Under the pieces are notes generated by a model. That model was not told the origin of the DNA, ran no database searches, and worked only from the letters and a program-made list of their open reading frames with translations. A stretch of 64,000 nt of DNA, taken from NCBI RefSeq assembly GCF_009914755.1, contig NC_060931.1; one strand, written 5' to 3'. Origin of the DNA: the human T2T-CHM13v2.0 reference genome, Homo sapiens. Made by a program: the position numbers and the translations under genes. Numbering within the stretch: position 1 is the first letter of the stretch; each line of letters starts with the position of its first letter. Shown here piece by piece: positions 14,165 through 27,693 of this stretch.

Positions 14165-14534
14165 TCTGCTTCCTCAAAGAGATTCCCAATGTTTTTCAGT
14201 GGCTCTGCTGCGGGGCTCTGCGCCAGGATGTCTTTTATCTCGCTGACTTTCCTCTCCACCGAGTCCACAGTCTCACGGTAAGGCCCGATCACACCACTGA
14301 TCTTCAAGGCCTTGGCTTTCTCCAGGAATCTGTGTGTCCTGTTGGTCAGCTCGGCAATGATCACATCCCAGAGAGCAAAGCACTGGTGGCAGGGTGTGCA
14401 GTCAGGGAAGACCCCCGAGTACCCTCGCGTGCACTTGTCACAGCGTGGACCCTCAACACCCTCAACGCAGACACACTGGCCCGTGGACTGGTCACACTGT
14501 GGCGTCTCAATGCCCCTGGGGTCACAGTCACAGG
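14165..14534 (-). CDS. LAMB1: LAMB1 exon 25 (370 nt), LE13 and start of coiled coil
   Basis: Acceptor TTCTAG|CC; donor AGA|GTAAGT; CDCDPRGIETPQC...PCHQCFALWDVIIAEL...LFEEA. Confidence 0.98.
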
Positions 14535-14739
14535 CTAGAAGGGAATAAGCAATGCTAGCTGATCTACTTGATCATGAACCTCAGTGACAAGATGTGGCAT
14601 TTAGAATACTCACTTCACTGTGAAAATGGGAAGGTGTCAACCATCGACAACAATTGACCAATGGCTCAGGTAGAGACTGTAGCAGCTTCCTCTAGCACAT
14701 GCGTGACTTCAGTGGTTGCTAACCCCTTCTTAGCAGTAA

Positions 14740-14950
14740 TAATACTTTAAACAGAAATGTTTTATGTGAATGATCCCATTTAACTCTCACAATAACCCTA
14801 TGGGATACGTGTTATAATAATCACTATTTCACAGATGTGGGAACTGAGAGATCAGAGAGATTATGTAACATGCCCCAAGTCTCACTGCAAGGAAAAGGCC
14901 ACGCCAGAATTCTGATTCAGTTCTTTGCAACTCCGGAGTCTATACTCTTC
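14740..14950 (-). mobile_element. MIR fragment
   Basis: tttaactctcacaataaccctatg...tttcacagatgtgggaactgag core. Confidence 0.7.
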
Positions 14951-15831
14951 ACCTCCGTCCTGCCTTTGCCTCCCCCTTACTTAGGATTTCCCCACAGACC
15001 ATGTCTGTACAAACAATCCAGGTTACATCCTGATAATGTGCCACCTGGCATCGGATACATCACAAATGAGAAGCTCCTTACGTACCTGACTCTATCTCAC
15101 AACAAAACATACTTGATGAAATGCAATAAACATGATCAAAACAAAACAAAACCCAAAGGAATTCTAAGTATCCAGTTTAAAGGCTTTCAACTAAGTATAA
15201 TCTAACTTGGGGGTGTCTGCCATTGTGATGACCACTGCCAGTACTACAAGCAGGGATCTTGGGAGCCATTCAGTCTCAGCGTCTCACAGGCCCAATAGGG
15301 TTGGCACCTTATGCAAAGCCAAATGGCACAGGAAAATCACGTGCCGTACAGGACAAAATGTGTTCTTGGCCAGTAGCTGTGGCTGAGATTACTTAGCACA
15401 GTGGCTGTGCCCTTGAACCCTGGCTTAGATTCCCAAATTTCAGGTGACCAAATCATTTTTATATCAACATCTGACATTTGAAAGTATTTATACAGGGTTT
15501 GAATTACGAAAGGCCTTATGCTAACATCTTATCGCTGGGCTTCCACCCATTCTGAGGAAAGACAGGAATAAATAAAGAATATACTATCTTATTTCCCTAA
15601 CTGGATTGTGGACTCCAAGGGCAGGGGCACATCTTAAACCATTTTTCGTTTTTCAGCATCGGACTCGGGGTTAACTTGCAATCAGAATCCAAACGTCTTT
15701 GCCAAATGAAGCCCTAACCTCATTTTAGTCTAGGCATGCAAGGACACTTACATACCTTCATAAAAGAAAATAATCCTCCTGAAGTGCAATGTCAACTGTG
15801 GCAAAGCACAACAGATTCATGCTTTCTCGGA

Positions 15832-16537
<706 letters not shown>

Positions 16538-16665
16538 TCAACCCAGAGGTGTGTGTTTGTGGCCCATTCATTTGGCCCTCACCACATCCTGCCTTGTATT
16601 GCTAGTTTATCTTTTTATTGTCTTTGTTCTCCCCCTACATTCCAAGCTCTCGAGTGGCAGGTTTG

Positions 16666-16890
16666 AGGAGTACAGCATTATGGTTAAGAGCATGAACTGC
16701 GGACTGAGGTGGTAAATCCTGCCTTCTCCACACATGTTATGTGACCCTGGGTAATCAGGAAACTGAGTCACGTCTTCCACATCTGTAAGAAGAGGTAATG
16801 ATTATAAATACAGGACTGCTTTCAAGATAAAATAATTACAAAGTGCTTAGAAGAGCATCTGGTCTATAGCAAGCATTCAATAAATAAATT
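16666..16890 (+). mobile_element. MIR, near full length
   Basis: atggttaagagcatg...tgtgaccctggg...catctgtaa...aaagtgcttagaa...tcaataaat. Confidence 0.8.
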
Positions 16891-17719
16891 GTTTTTATTA
16901 TCACTTTTCGTGTCCCTACAAGTGTCTGGTAGTCTTCTGCTAAGAGTGATGCTTGATCATATTTCCATTGGATAAAGGGGAAAAACGTGTTCCGGTTATA
17001 TGTTTATTTATATGTATTTGCCAATAACGTCATGATTATTCAAAAATTTGAAGTTTAGAATATTAATTCCTCAACCTTTAGGATTTTAAAACATGTAATT
17101 TCCTTAGCGCCTGGGGTTTTCAAAACCAAGACCTTAGGATTTCAAAAGTAAAACTTGGGTGTATGCTTTTCAAAAAACAGATCCTTTCCAGGTACTTAAA
17201 GTATGTTTCATTTTTCTTGTTTGGGGAATATTCTCGTAATGAATCAGGAAGCTGTTTAGGCAAACCATGGATAACTTTAATGGTGATCCGTAGACCATAC
17301 GTTCTATGATGTGTTCCTTGAAAAAACTATCCCATGATGAAAAATTCTGTATCCTTATCTTGAAGATTAAAAACAAGTGTCAGCATATTACAGACTCAGA
17401 AGAGTTCTGCAGGAAAAACTGTTTTATATTGTTTTTATCCAGTTGTATGTATGCCAAAGTCATTTGACCATGGGATCTTTTTTTAGTGGAAGTCAATGCC
17501 AGTGACACCCAAGAGAAATAATGAGAAAGGCTTGGGAAAACCACTACATTAATCGATTTCTGAGATTAGGAAGAACTTAGATAACTTACAAATAACTTAA
17601 ATAACTTAGTACCTTAAGAGTTTATGTTGTTTAGATTTTAGGAATACATTTCCATTATCATTTGGTAAAATTTAGTCATCTTCCAGAAAGCTAAAAGTTA
17701 CCCCCGAGTCACCTGGGTC

Positions 17720-17912
17720 CTCACCTCTCAAACTTGGGTAGGTATCAGAATCACCTGGAAGGTTCATAAAAAACAGATTGCTTCTCTACTCTCCTCCCAT
17801 CCCCAGATTCTGATTCAGTAGGTCTGGGTGGGGCCCAGAACTATTTTTATTTCTATCACGTTCCCAGGAGATACTGATGTTCACAGTCACGCGACCCCGT
17901 TTTGTGGAGCAC
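17720..17912. mobile_element. MER5A (hAT-Charlie MITE)
   Basis: ctcaaactt...atcagaatcacctgg...gattctgattcagtaggtctggg...gcactg. Confidence 0.8.
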
Positions 17913-19779
17913 TGACTGTTACTTTCCCAGCTGTTTCTGCCCGCCTTCTGTATATTAGAGAAAAAAAGAGAGCATGTGCGTGTGTGTGTATCTGTGTGTC
18001 TGTGTGAGAGATGGAGAAAGAGATACCCTTCAAAAGGTGGAGCTGGAGCAGAATCACGACTTCGGAAGTTCAGCAATGTAGGCTGATGCACAAATCTCAG
18101 GACTTACGTAACAGAGGAAGAAGTGATGCCATTTGTAATAAAACTTACCTTGTCTACCAGCCAGTGGTCAGGGTGAGGCAGCCCTCTGGGGCCTACTCAC
18201 CCATCTCCCTTAGACTTGACACAACTGAGGCAGAGTTGCATATGCTTATAGTTTGCTTAGACAATTATTTCTTTCCCATAGATGATGCAAAGGTATACCT
18301 TTGTTCAGTCCTAAACATTAGGTTTTTGCTGGATTCATGCTTGGGGCAAGGGATGCATGCATACGTTGATTTATTTTTAATTTCTGTGATCATTTTTCAT
18401 TTATTTCGTTGCCAAAGACATGTCTTGCTCCCATTCTGTCATAGGCATCTTTAAGGGGAAAACAGCCCAACCCTGAAAGACTTAAAAGGCAGATAAGTCT
18501 TCCCTCTTTATCTGGCCGAGGGAAATTAGCCTGGGTAAGAGTTCCAATGAGCTAGCAGAGCTTCGGCTCTCTCCAGAAGTCAACAACCAGTTCAGCCAAA
18601 CTGACCAACATTCCTTTCTCCCACCTGAAAAGTAAACCATCAAATCTCACAGATGACCGGATTGCAGTGTCATTATTGAAAAAGTTGGGCCTGACTCTCC
18701 GGGAGGGCACCAAATAACTAGTCTCAAATGTACCAGGTTTTGATTTCAAGCTGAAGCCCCTGGTCATGTGCTTCCTTCCCTGGCTATTGAATTTCCAGAA
18801 TTGCTTCTCTTGGAGTCACCTAAGAGGCAGGCACCAGAAGGCCCACATTTTACAACCTTGTAAAAAGACCCCCTCCACTTCAAGAATATTTTCAGTGAAA
18901 CTCCCACACTCACGTGGCTGAAGCAGAAAGGTCAGTTCACACTTGACAAGTTAGTAAAACTTCATGGACACTAATGTATGGAGGAGATTCTCCCATCATC
19001 TCACACACCCACCAGGATCTGAAAAACTGTGAACTGACTATTCAGGCTGCAGCTGATGAGGTCCAGTGGGCTCCTTCTCTCTTAAGAGAAAGGAATCAGA
19101 ATCCAAATGACCTAGATAAAGCAGTCTTATTTTAAGAAATGGGATTACTTGGCAGAGAATCAGAAACTTTCTCTTGGAAAGGAGAGCATACATAGCAAAA
19201 GTTGTTGCCTAATCTTTAAGATGAACAAATCATGAAGATGAAGAATAGTATTTTTTAAATGAGATACTCATTTTAACAAGCCATAATAATTTGACTTTCA
19301 TCTGTAAACACACTCTCTGTTCTGTGGCCAGTAGGCTTCCTCTATTTTTACTAAGTTTTCTTATCATTTCAAACATAATTGTTAAGAAGTAGGTAAATGA
19401 AAGCTATTGTACCGATTTTAAAGATACTAAGGTCCAGAGGAAAACACTAGCAAGTCAATGCCACAATGGGAAATAGTCTATGTACCCATTTATCACATAG
19501 ACCTAACTTGCCTGCTTCCTTTACATCCTTCCCTCTCCTCCTCCAGACCTTCCTGTGCCCATTGAACAAAGTCTACCCTTAATGGCCCAGCACCGAAGGC
19601 TTCACACAATCTGGTGAAACCAAATCTCTCCATGACTCTCCAGCTGAGACTGTTTCCCGAGGGCACCTCCCAGAGCCATGCTGCTTCATGTTGTCTGTGT
19701 TGTCCTTTAGCTTGGATGATAATTTCCTCTCTAAATACCAGCTGTCAATGAGGAGCCCCCAGGCTTGTGGAAACAGCTG

Positions 19780-19990
19780 GGACACAGGGCCACATAGGCC
19801 TGGCTTCAGATCCCAGTTCTTTCCTCACTTTGGGCAAGTCCCTTAACCTCTCTGAGTCTGAGATTAGTCAAGTGTGAAATGGAGATGATACTTACCCCCA
19901 TAGGTTCTTTGTTGCAAGGATAAAATTAAGAATACTTATATAATATGCCTAAAAGTGCTTGGCACTCAGCATGTTCTCTGTAGATGGCCA
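19780..19990 (+). mobile_element. MIR
   Basis: ttgggcaagtcccttaacctctctgagtct...tgaaatggagatgata...gtgcttggcac. Confidence 0.75.
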
Positions 19991-20568
19991 CTAGAGCTAA
20001 TCTTTTCTGCAAACCCTTCCCTAATGACTCCATTTCCTACTGATCTTGCCCTCTTCTGACAACTGAAAAGTTTGTGCCACTTACTTTCTGCTATCTTGTT
20101 ACTTCATTTTATGTACCCCATGTCCCCAAATAGCCTGCAAGTGGCAGAACAGTATCAGCTGTTCTCTCTGTGTCCACTCCCCACTCTATACCATTGGTCA
20201 CTCAGTACTGGGCTGATTATCCTCCTTTTTGTTGGCAACTTAAATTTGCCTTGGGACAGAGAAACTGCTACACCCTAAGATTCAGGTAATGGGGTTTTCT
20301 TCTGCCGTGGACCTTGCCTCAAAGCAACGTGGGACTCCAGGATCTGCTGCAATGCCAAGAATTTTACTGATACTTTACTTAGGCATTTCTATTTACTAAA
20401 AGCAAGGGCAATTTAAATAATTTTTATTTCTTACATGGGATTTTCTTTTTTCTGACATTCTCTTTTATCCTTTTCCCTTTTTGGCCTCAGTAATATAGGT
20501 TCAATTTTGGAATGAAAGTTGGGAGATGAATATAATTTTACCTGCAGAAATGAGCTGCCTGTCTAGCA

Positions 20569-20772
20569 CAGGGGTCATCAAGTTTTAATGTAAAAGTTGA
20601 AATAGTAAATCCAGCTTTCAGGCCATTCTGTCTCTGTTATGATGACTTGACTCTGGCATTGCTGCCCACAAGTAGCCAGGGAAAATACATGAACAAGTGG
20701 GTGTAAAACTTATATTAGCTACTATCGGCAGGGGGCTGGATTTGGCCTCTGCCTGTGGTCTGCCCAGCTCTG
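20569..20772. mobile_element. MER58A-like hAT MITE
   Basis: CAGGGGTC...CTCTG termini; 8-bp duplication gtctagca (20561-20568) / gtctagcc (20773-20780). Confidence 0.8.
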
Positions 20773-21869
20773 GTCTAGCCTACCTCTTCTGAGAACACAT
20801 TCTGTAATTAGGATTACATAAGACAAGACTTCACTCTACTGACAACAGTATTTATAGTTCTCTAAAGAATCGAATGAAGTCTGATTTTCTGAGTCACAAT
20901 GGAAATATTAAGGTGGGTGGTTGTGAAAGAAATCCCAACATTAGAAAATACAGGCATTCTAAAGATTAATGTCTGGGCAAAAGAACACACTGTGTTTTTC
21001 TACTAAAAAACACAAAATGAGAAACGAGCATGATGGGGAAGTGGCCACTACCCGGACCCTCTTGCCTATGCCCCACATTTACCGTTTGCCTGGGTTTAGA
21101 GACACTGCCCTTTTCCAAGAGCCAGAGGCCCCAAATGGAAACTTTACCCTTCCTTTTTGCTATCTATGAATCAACAGAAAGATTCCTCCTGTGACTCTTT
21201 GACTCCTGAGGAGGACAATGCAGCGCTCCAGGCTGTTTTCTCCAGCACGTTCATGGTGGGTGGATGAGATTCCCTCTCCATCCCAGCACAGTGGTGGGCT
21301 TGTTCAGGCTTGGCACCATCGACCAACAGCCCCAACCCGCCTGGACAATAGGAACATTCAACAATCTGTAAGTTGGAGGCTCAACTCATTTGTCTTTTAC
21401 ATAACTACATTCTTTTTTTCCATAAGGAGAATACTTAGCTAGGACTTAAATCTTTCTATAAGCATATTGTTAGCTAGTTGGCATCAGAAAGTCTAAATTT
21501 ATGCCCTCTAACAACCAATTCAACTGAAAACATATTTGTCAAGCAATTACATAACTGGAGAAAAGAGCTGATGTTCTTTTTGCATAGTTCCATCTAATTT
21601 TGAATGACACCTCTTCTTGTCCCTGCTGATCTCTGGGCCCATCCCTTCAGAAAGCCCCTGTGCTCCTGTTTCTAATCGTGAATGCATTCCAGCACAAACA
21701 TAACCAAGAGCCTTGTCTGCCTCTGCATCTTGGCCCCTGCCTTCACAGGCCACACTGGTCCTACTCCTGTTGCCACCCTGTCTGCACCAGACCCCATAGC
21801 TGGCCATGAATCAATCCCCCATTGTCCACTCAAATCAATTCTCACTCTCTCTGGGTGCTTTGTAGGTTA

Positions 21870-22071
21870 TGAGCTTTCTCCAAAGAGTGCTAAAAGCATT
21901 GAGGATCCGACACATTCTCTGTTTGACAGACTGCCTTAAGCACTGTGGGACATTTATTATTATTGGCTCCTGCATACCAAGTGCCTATAGCAATGACCCC
22001 ATTATGGTGATGACCCAAAATACTCCCCTCCTCCCAAATTTCCAAATGTCCCCACCCCAGCTCAGCCACTG
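21870..22071 (-). mobile_element. MER20-family hAT element, diverged
   Basis: Reverse strand reads CAGTGG...GGGGACATTTGGAAAT...TTTTGGGTCATCAC...GGAGAAAGCTC. Confidence 0.55.
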
Positions 22072-22136
22072 TGGGCACAAAGGAGAGACAGTATCTACTT
22101 TAACACCCCAAATAAAGATGCCCCAACATTTTATAT

Positions 22137-22451
22137 CTTCTTCTTCTTTTTTTTTTTTTTTTTTTTTGAGACAGTCTTGCTCTGTCACCCAGGCTGGAGG
22201 GCAGTGGCACGATCTCTGCTCACTCACTGCAACCTCTGCCTCCTGGGTTCAAGCGATTCTCATGCCTCAGCCTCCCAAGTAGCTGGGATTATAGGTGTGC
22301 GCCATCTCACCTGATTAATTTTCGTATTTTTAGTAGAGATGGGGTTTCACCATGTTGGTCCGGCTGGTGTCGGACTCCTGACCTCAAGTGATCCGCCCGC
22401 CTTGGCCTCCCAAAGTGTTGGGATTACAGGCGTGAACCACCGTGCCCGGCT
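22137..22451 (-). mobile_element. Alu (AluS-like)
   Basis: Reverse dimer with poly-T. Confidence 0.95.
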
Positions 22452-24114
22452 AACATTTTATAACTTTGAATTGCCAAAGTATGCAATGAGGTCAGTTGCC
22501 TTCACCCCAGATTTTAACACTTTGGGGAAAGGGGCTTTCTGGTCTTCCATGAAAAAAACAAAACTAAAGATAAGGTTGGAGAGATGACAATGTAGTGGGA
22601 AAACAAGGGGAAAATGAAACACCTGGATCTAGAACCTGGAAGTATCTCTTAGGGTATTTTCACTTATGCTCACTTGGAGCTTCCAATGCTTCCAGAGGGC
22701 TTGAAAAATACTTTTTCTTGCTGGTGTGAGCTGACTGGGTATCATTATTAGGGTCACGAATACGAATGATGTATACATATAAATGCAGAGAGGACTGGAA
22801 AGATTCCTATCAAGCTGAGTAAAAAGAGGAGTATACTGGGTGAGGAGATGAGAAGGGACTTTGTTTTCTTCTAATACAGGAGTACCAATTGCTTGAAGTG
22901 AATGTGGGCAGTCTGGCTCCAGGACCTACACTCTTGGCTATGGGACCTCTTCATCTGTCTGCATCCCTGCTGCCCTCGTGCCACCGGGATTGGCCAGCAT
23001 AATAGGCAAACCATAAAGCCATGTGATCTTTGTAGTTCCTCCATTAACTAAATTTCTATGATTATCTTACAGAAAAAAAAAGGAAATGCCAAAGGGAGGA
23101 GTAAAAAGGAACAGACATATCCAGTTTCAATACATTCTCCTTAAACCAGGTTTCCTTGCAGAATACTTAGTTTCTGTTTTTTATCGGTTGTTTGCTTTTC
23201 CTGATGAAAAGTTTCTTACGTAATGAGCTGACCTTTCTTCTGGATGAAAGGAACAAAGAAGTTGGCGAACAATGATGCCATGAATCTCACTCTTTGCAGA
23301 GTTTCTAAAACAGGATCTAACTTTTGACCCAAACAAGTTGACAAGGTTTCTATAAGTCACAATTTCCCTGGCAGATTTAGAGGCGAAAGTTTAAAGAAAA
23401 GATAAAAGGGTAAGGAGTAAAGTTCTAAGGACCACATGAACAATTCTCTGATTGACTCTGACTCTGGGTAGCAGGCCTTTCCTGCTAACAAAGCTAAGAT
23501 GGAGCCAAAGGTCAGAAAGCTTTGGCAGAGAAAGCTATTTTGCCAATGACACATGCTGACAGAATCAGGGTATGTGCAACGATAGAGCCATTATCTGGAA
23601 AAAATCAAGCCTTGGGGCATTACAAGTTTGAGGAATTTAACAGAGTAGTGATTAGAGCCCTGGAAAAAACAGATTTTAAGCAGAGTTTTACTTTCAAGAG
23701 ACATCTTGGAGAAACTGGTCCACTGGATTTCAATACCTTCTAATGGAAGAGGGGATGTCAGATCTCATTAAGAACCAAATTTGGAGAATGATGAAAGAAA
23801 AGTACCTGTTTATTGACATAGCAAACATTATCCCCACTGTGAAACAAACCTTAATCTAAGAGGTCCATACAAACCCTTCTGGCTAAGCCTCAACTTAAAA
23901 AACAAATCATATCTAATTTGTTCTGGTCTTGCCCACTGACCTTTTTCTGCTGTTAAGGAACACATGGGTTTGCACCCTGAAGGAACACAGTTTCTAGGTT
24001 CCTGACCTTCTGTAGGAGATATTGAATGAGTTGCCAACTTGAAGATCTGTATTATTTCTTGCTGTAGTTGTGTCCAAAAAAAGAAAACGGTCATTTTAAA
24101 AATTTAAGAGTCCT

Positions 24115-24501
<387 letters not shown>

Positions 24502-25087
24502 TCAATTAAAAACAGGGAAGAAAATCAAGTAGGAAAGAAAGAATATAAAAACAGAGTTGCAACAGCCTATTCAGTCTTTTCCATATTTTGACTTTAAGAT
24601 CTGAAAAATAATTTTCCAGGTCAAAAAAACTGCAATACCATAAAAATCAAGCAATCCTGATGATTCACATAATTTTAACAAGTTTTTGTTTGTAAGAAAA
24701 TGTCATTTCCATCTTTTTTTGTTTGTTTGTTTAATCATAAGCTTAGGTGAAAATCTGGGTTTTATTCACATTAAACTGACTTGGAGCCCCTGACCTTGGA
24801 GCCCTTTGTTGTGCACGAAGTCTCCATGACATTGCCCTCCAGTTTTCACTGGTGGGGATGTTATCTTACACACATACGCCAAGAGCTTAAACTGTCAACA
24901 GAGTCTAGTTGATCCACTGAATCCAGTGATCTTACTAGGATAACCATTTACCTCTTCTTGTGCCATCAAGGAAGTTGGCCACAAAATACTGTTCAGAGGG
25001 GATAAAAAGTCACTTTGCCAAACATAGGGTTCACATGGTCCCACCTTGGTTAAAAGTATTTTAAAAAGCAGCTCTGTGTGTATTTGT

Positions 25088-25088
<1 letters not shown>

Positions 25089-25127
<39 letters not shown>
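25089..25127. repeat. (GT)19 / (CA)19 microsatellite
   Basis: Perfect dinucleotide run counted directly. Confidence 0.98.
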
Positions 25128-25129
<2 letters not shown>

Positions 25130-25390
25130 TACACACAGAAACAAACTTTACCCCAGGGTGTGAGGCCGGGAGAGTATGCACATCCACTCTTGACTACCTA
25201 TACTTATGGGCAGGGCTAGATTTGTTAGATTGTTTTTTAAACAATCAGTGTTAATTTATTTTGCAATTAAATACAGGTTCTTATAGACACGTTAATTTGT
25301 ACTGTGTTTTATAATTTACAGAAGGCTCTTGTAGAACCCCAGTTCCCTCCACTCTCTGATCAAGTCAATGCGAGAACGCCCACAACTCAC

Positions 25391-25487
25391 CTCGGCACTC
25401 CACGTCGGGGTCTCCCCAGAAGAGTTCCTGGCACTCGCTGCAGGTGCGGCCTCCAAACCCAGGCATGCACTGGCACTGCCCCGTGAA
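25391..25487 (-). CDS. LAMB1: LAMB1 exon 24 (97 nt), end of LE12
   Basis: Acceptor CCGCAG|TTC; donor GAG|GTGAGT; [32 protein letters not shown] (translated by hand). Confidence 0.97.
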
Positions 25488-26173
25488 CTGCGGCCAGAAC
25501 ACAGACCTTGGTCAAGCAGGCTTCAGGCCAGAAGCCAGTTGTCATCTTTTTTTTCTAGCTGCCACTTAGAAGTAGGAATGAACTGTTTACCTGAGAAGGT
25601 CTCCATTGACTAGGAAAAGGGACTCCCACTTCAGTCGTAGGTGTCGAGAGCCCCATGCCAGCATCTAAGTGCTCTTTTGCAACAGGGCTTGGAAAGGTCT
25701 GTGGCATGTTATTATTTATTTACATATTTCCTCACTTTTATCCTCACAGATCAGCCACAATCCTGGGCCACCTTTGACTCGCCTGACTTAGGGAGTATGC
25801 CCTCCTTAGCATGTGTCAGGAAACAACAGCACTTTTTACAATGCTGGGTATGGCTAATTGGTTCCTTTCGAGAAGCTAAGAAAAGAGTCTGCTTCAGCGC
25901 CCAGGTACTGAAGAGAAATAGCACACCCTTGTCTATTGTTAAGTGAGTCTGCATCTGCAGCTGGGACCCTCTACTGAAATGCTATGGATGTGTCTGATGG
26001 GGACTCTGTGCACAGTTATGTAGACCCAGCCAAGGGGTACAAATGAGGGCTAAGATCCAGGCCACGCTGTGTTTCAAGCTGTGTGCCCTGGTGCCTTGCT
26101 CTAACTGGGGCAAAGTCACCATGGGCTGACACCTGAGCTCATAAAGGCATCATCCCCAGCAGCAGCCCCTCAC

Positions 26174-26388
26174 CTCATTGCAAGATGGCCCGAAGGAATG
26201 AGCAGCATTGCAGTTGCATGGGTCACAGCCAGTGCCACTGGCCAGCTGCCAGGTATTGGGCGCACAGCGGTCACAGTTCTGCCCGATCACATTAGGAAGA
26301 CACAAGCACTGACCAGTGGCTTTGTCGCACTGGCAGTCAGAGCCGTTACAGTGCTCTTGCACGGTGCCCAGGTAATTACAGACACACT
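26174..26388 (-). CDS. LAMB1: LAMB1 exon 23 (215 nt), LE11 and start of LE12
   Basis: Acceptor TTGCAG|AG; donor GAG|GTGAGG; CVCNYLGTVQEHC...GPSCNE. Confidence 0.98.
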
Positions 26389-27112
26389 CTGCAAAAGAAC
26401 ATCACATTTACTTATTGTCACACTCCCAAATACACAGGCATGCGGATGTTAGCCACATCTAAATGCTAAGATGTTCCCACTTCACATCTTGACCTTGAAA
26501 TGCAAAGAAGGAAAGAAATGGAGGTGATTCAAAAATAAAGCTAAAATTACTGTTTAGAAGTTCTCGTGATTTCTTACACAGTTCTGACATTTCCCAGATA
26601 CACACAATGACACATTTCACCTAAAAGTATGTTCAAAATACACAGATTTGACAAGATGCTGGTGAGTCATTTTAAAATTGAAGGCTTAACTGGAAATAAT
26701 TTTAAAAAATGCCAGTGGGAATTGAGATATCTAATAATTTCAAACTCTTGGCAGAGAACAGCCGTAATAAACGTGTTGGACATAGCAGGTAAAAGCCCTT
26801 TAAGCTACTAAGGCTTTTAAGGAATCCAGTCCTGCTGGTCCCTAGCATTCCACACATGTTTGTATAAACAAAGCCAGGAGCCTGGGGGCTGTGCAGCTGC
26901 AGCAAGAGGAAATGCTAGTTGATCTCGGTAAGAGAGAAATAAAGAGGTCCAAAAGAGAGATGTTAGAGATGCTACTTCTTTCTCTTCCTTAAGCTGGAAG
27001 GCTCTATTCCATCAATGCCACTAGAAAAGGTGGGACCACAGTGGGTATTTAGGATTTCGAAGTCCATCCAACCAGCAAGTTCATGGGCAGAGCATACCAT
27101 CAGTACCCTCTA

Positions 27113-27655
<543 letters not shown>

Positions 27656-27693
27656 TCATTCTAAGAAGTGGGCAGAATAAATGTGCATCTTAC

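Noticed and set aside
18011-18454. 147-aa ATG-started plus-strand ORF in non-repeat intron 24 DNA
   Set aside because: No recognisable domain or family and no visible promoter or poly(A) support; one ORF of this length in 64 kb across six frames is compatible with chance. PhyloCSF or Ribo-seq would be needed to revive it.
23357-23600. Strong acceptor TTTTTTCCAG (23595-23596) and a 65-aa ORF as an alternative last exon after exon 24
   Set aside because: Splicing in phase 1 does not enter the 65-aa frame (it gives a 27-aa tail and TGA), and I found no good donor or nearby AATAAA.
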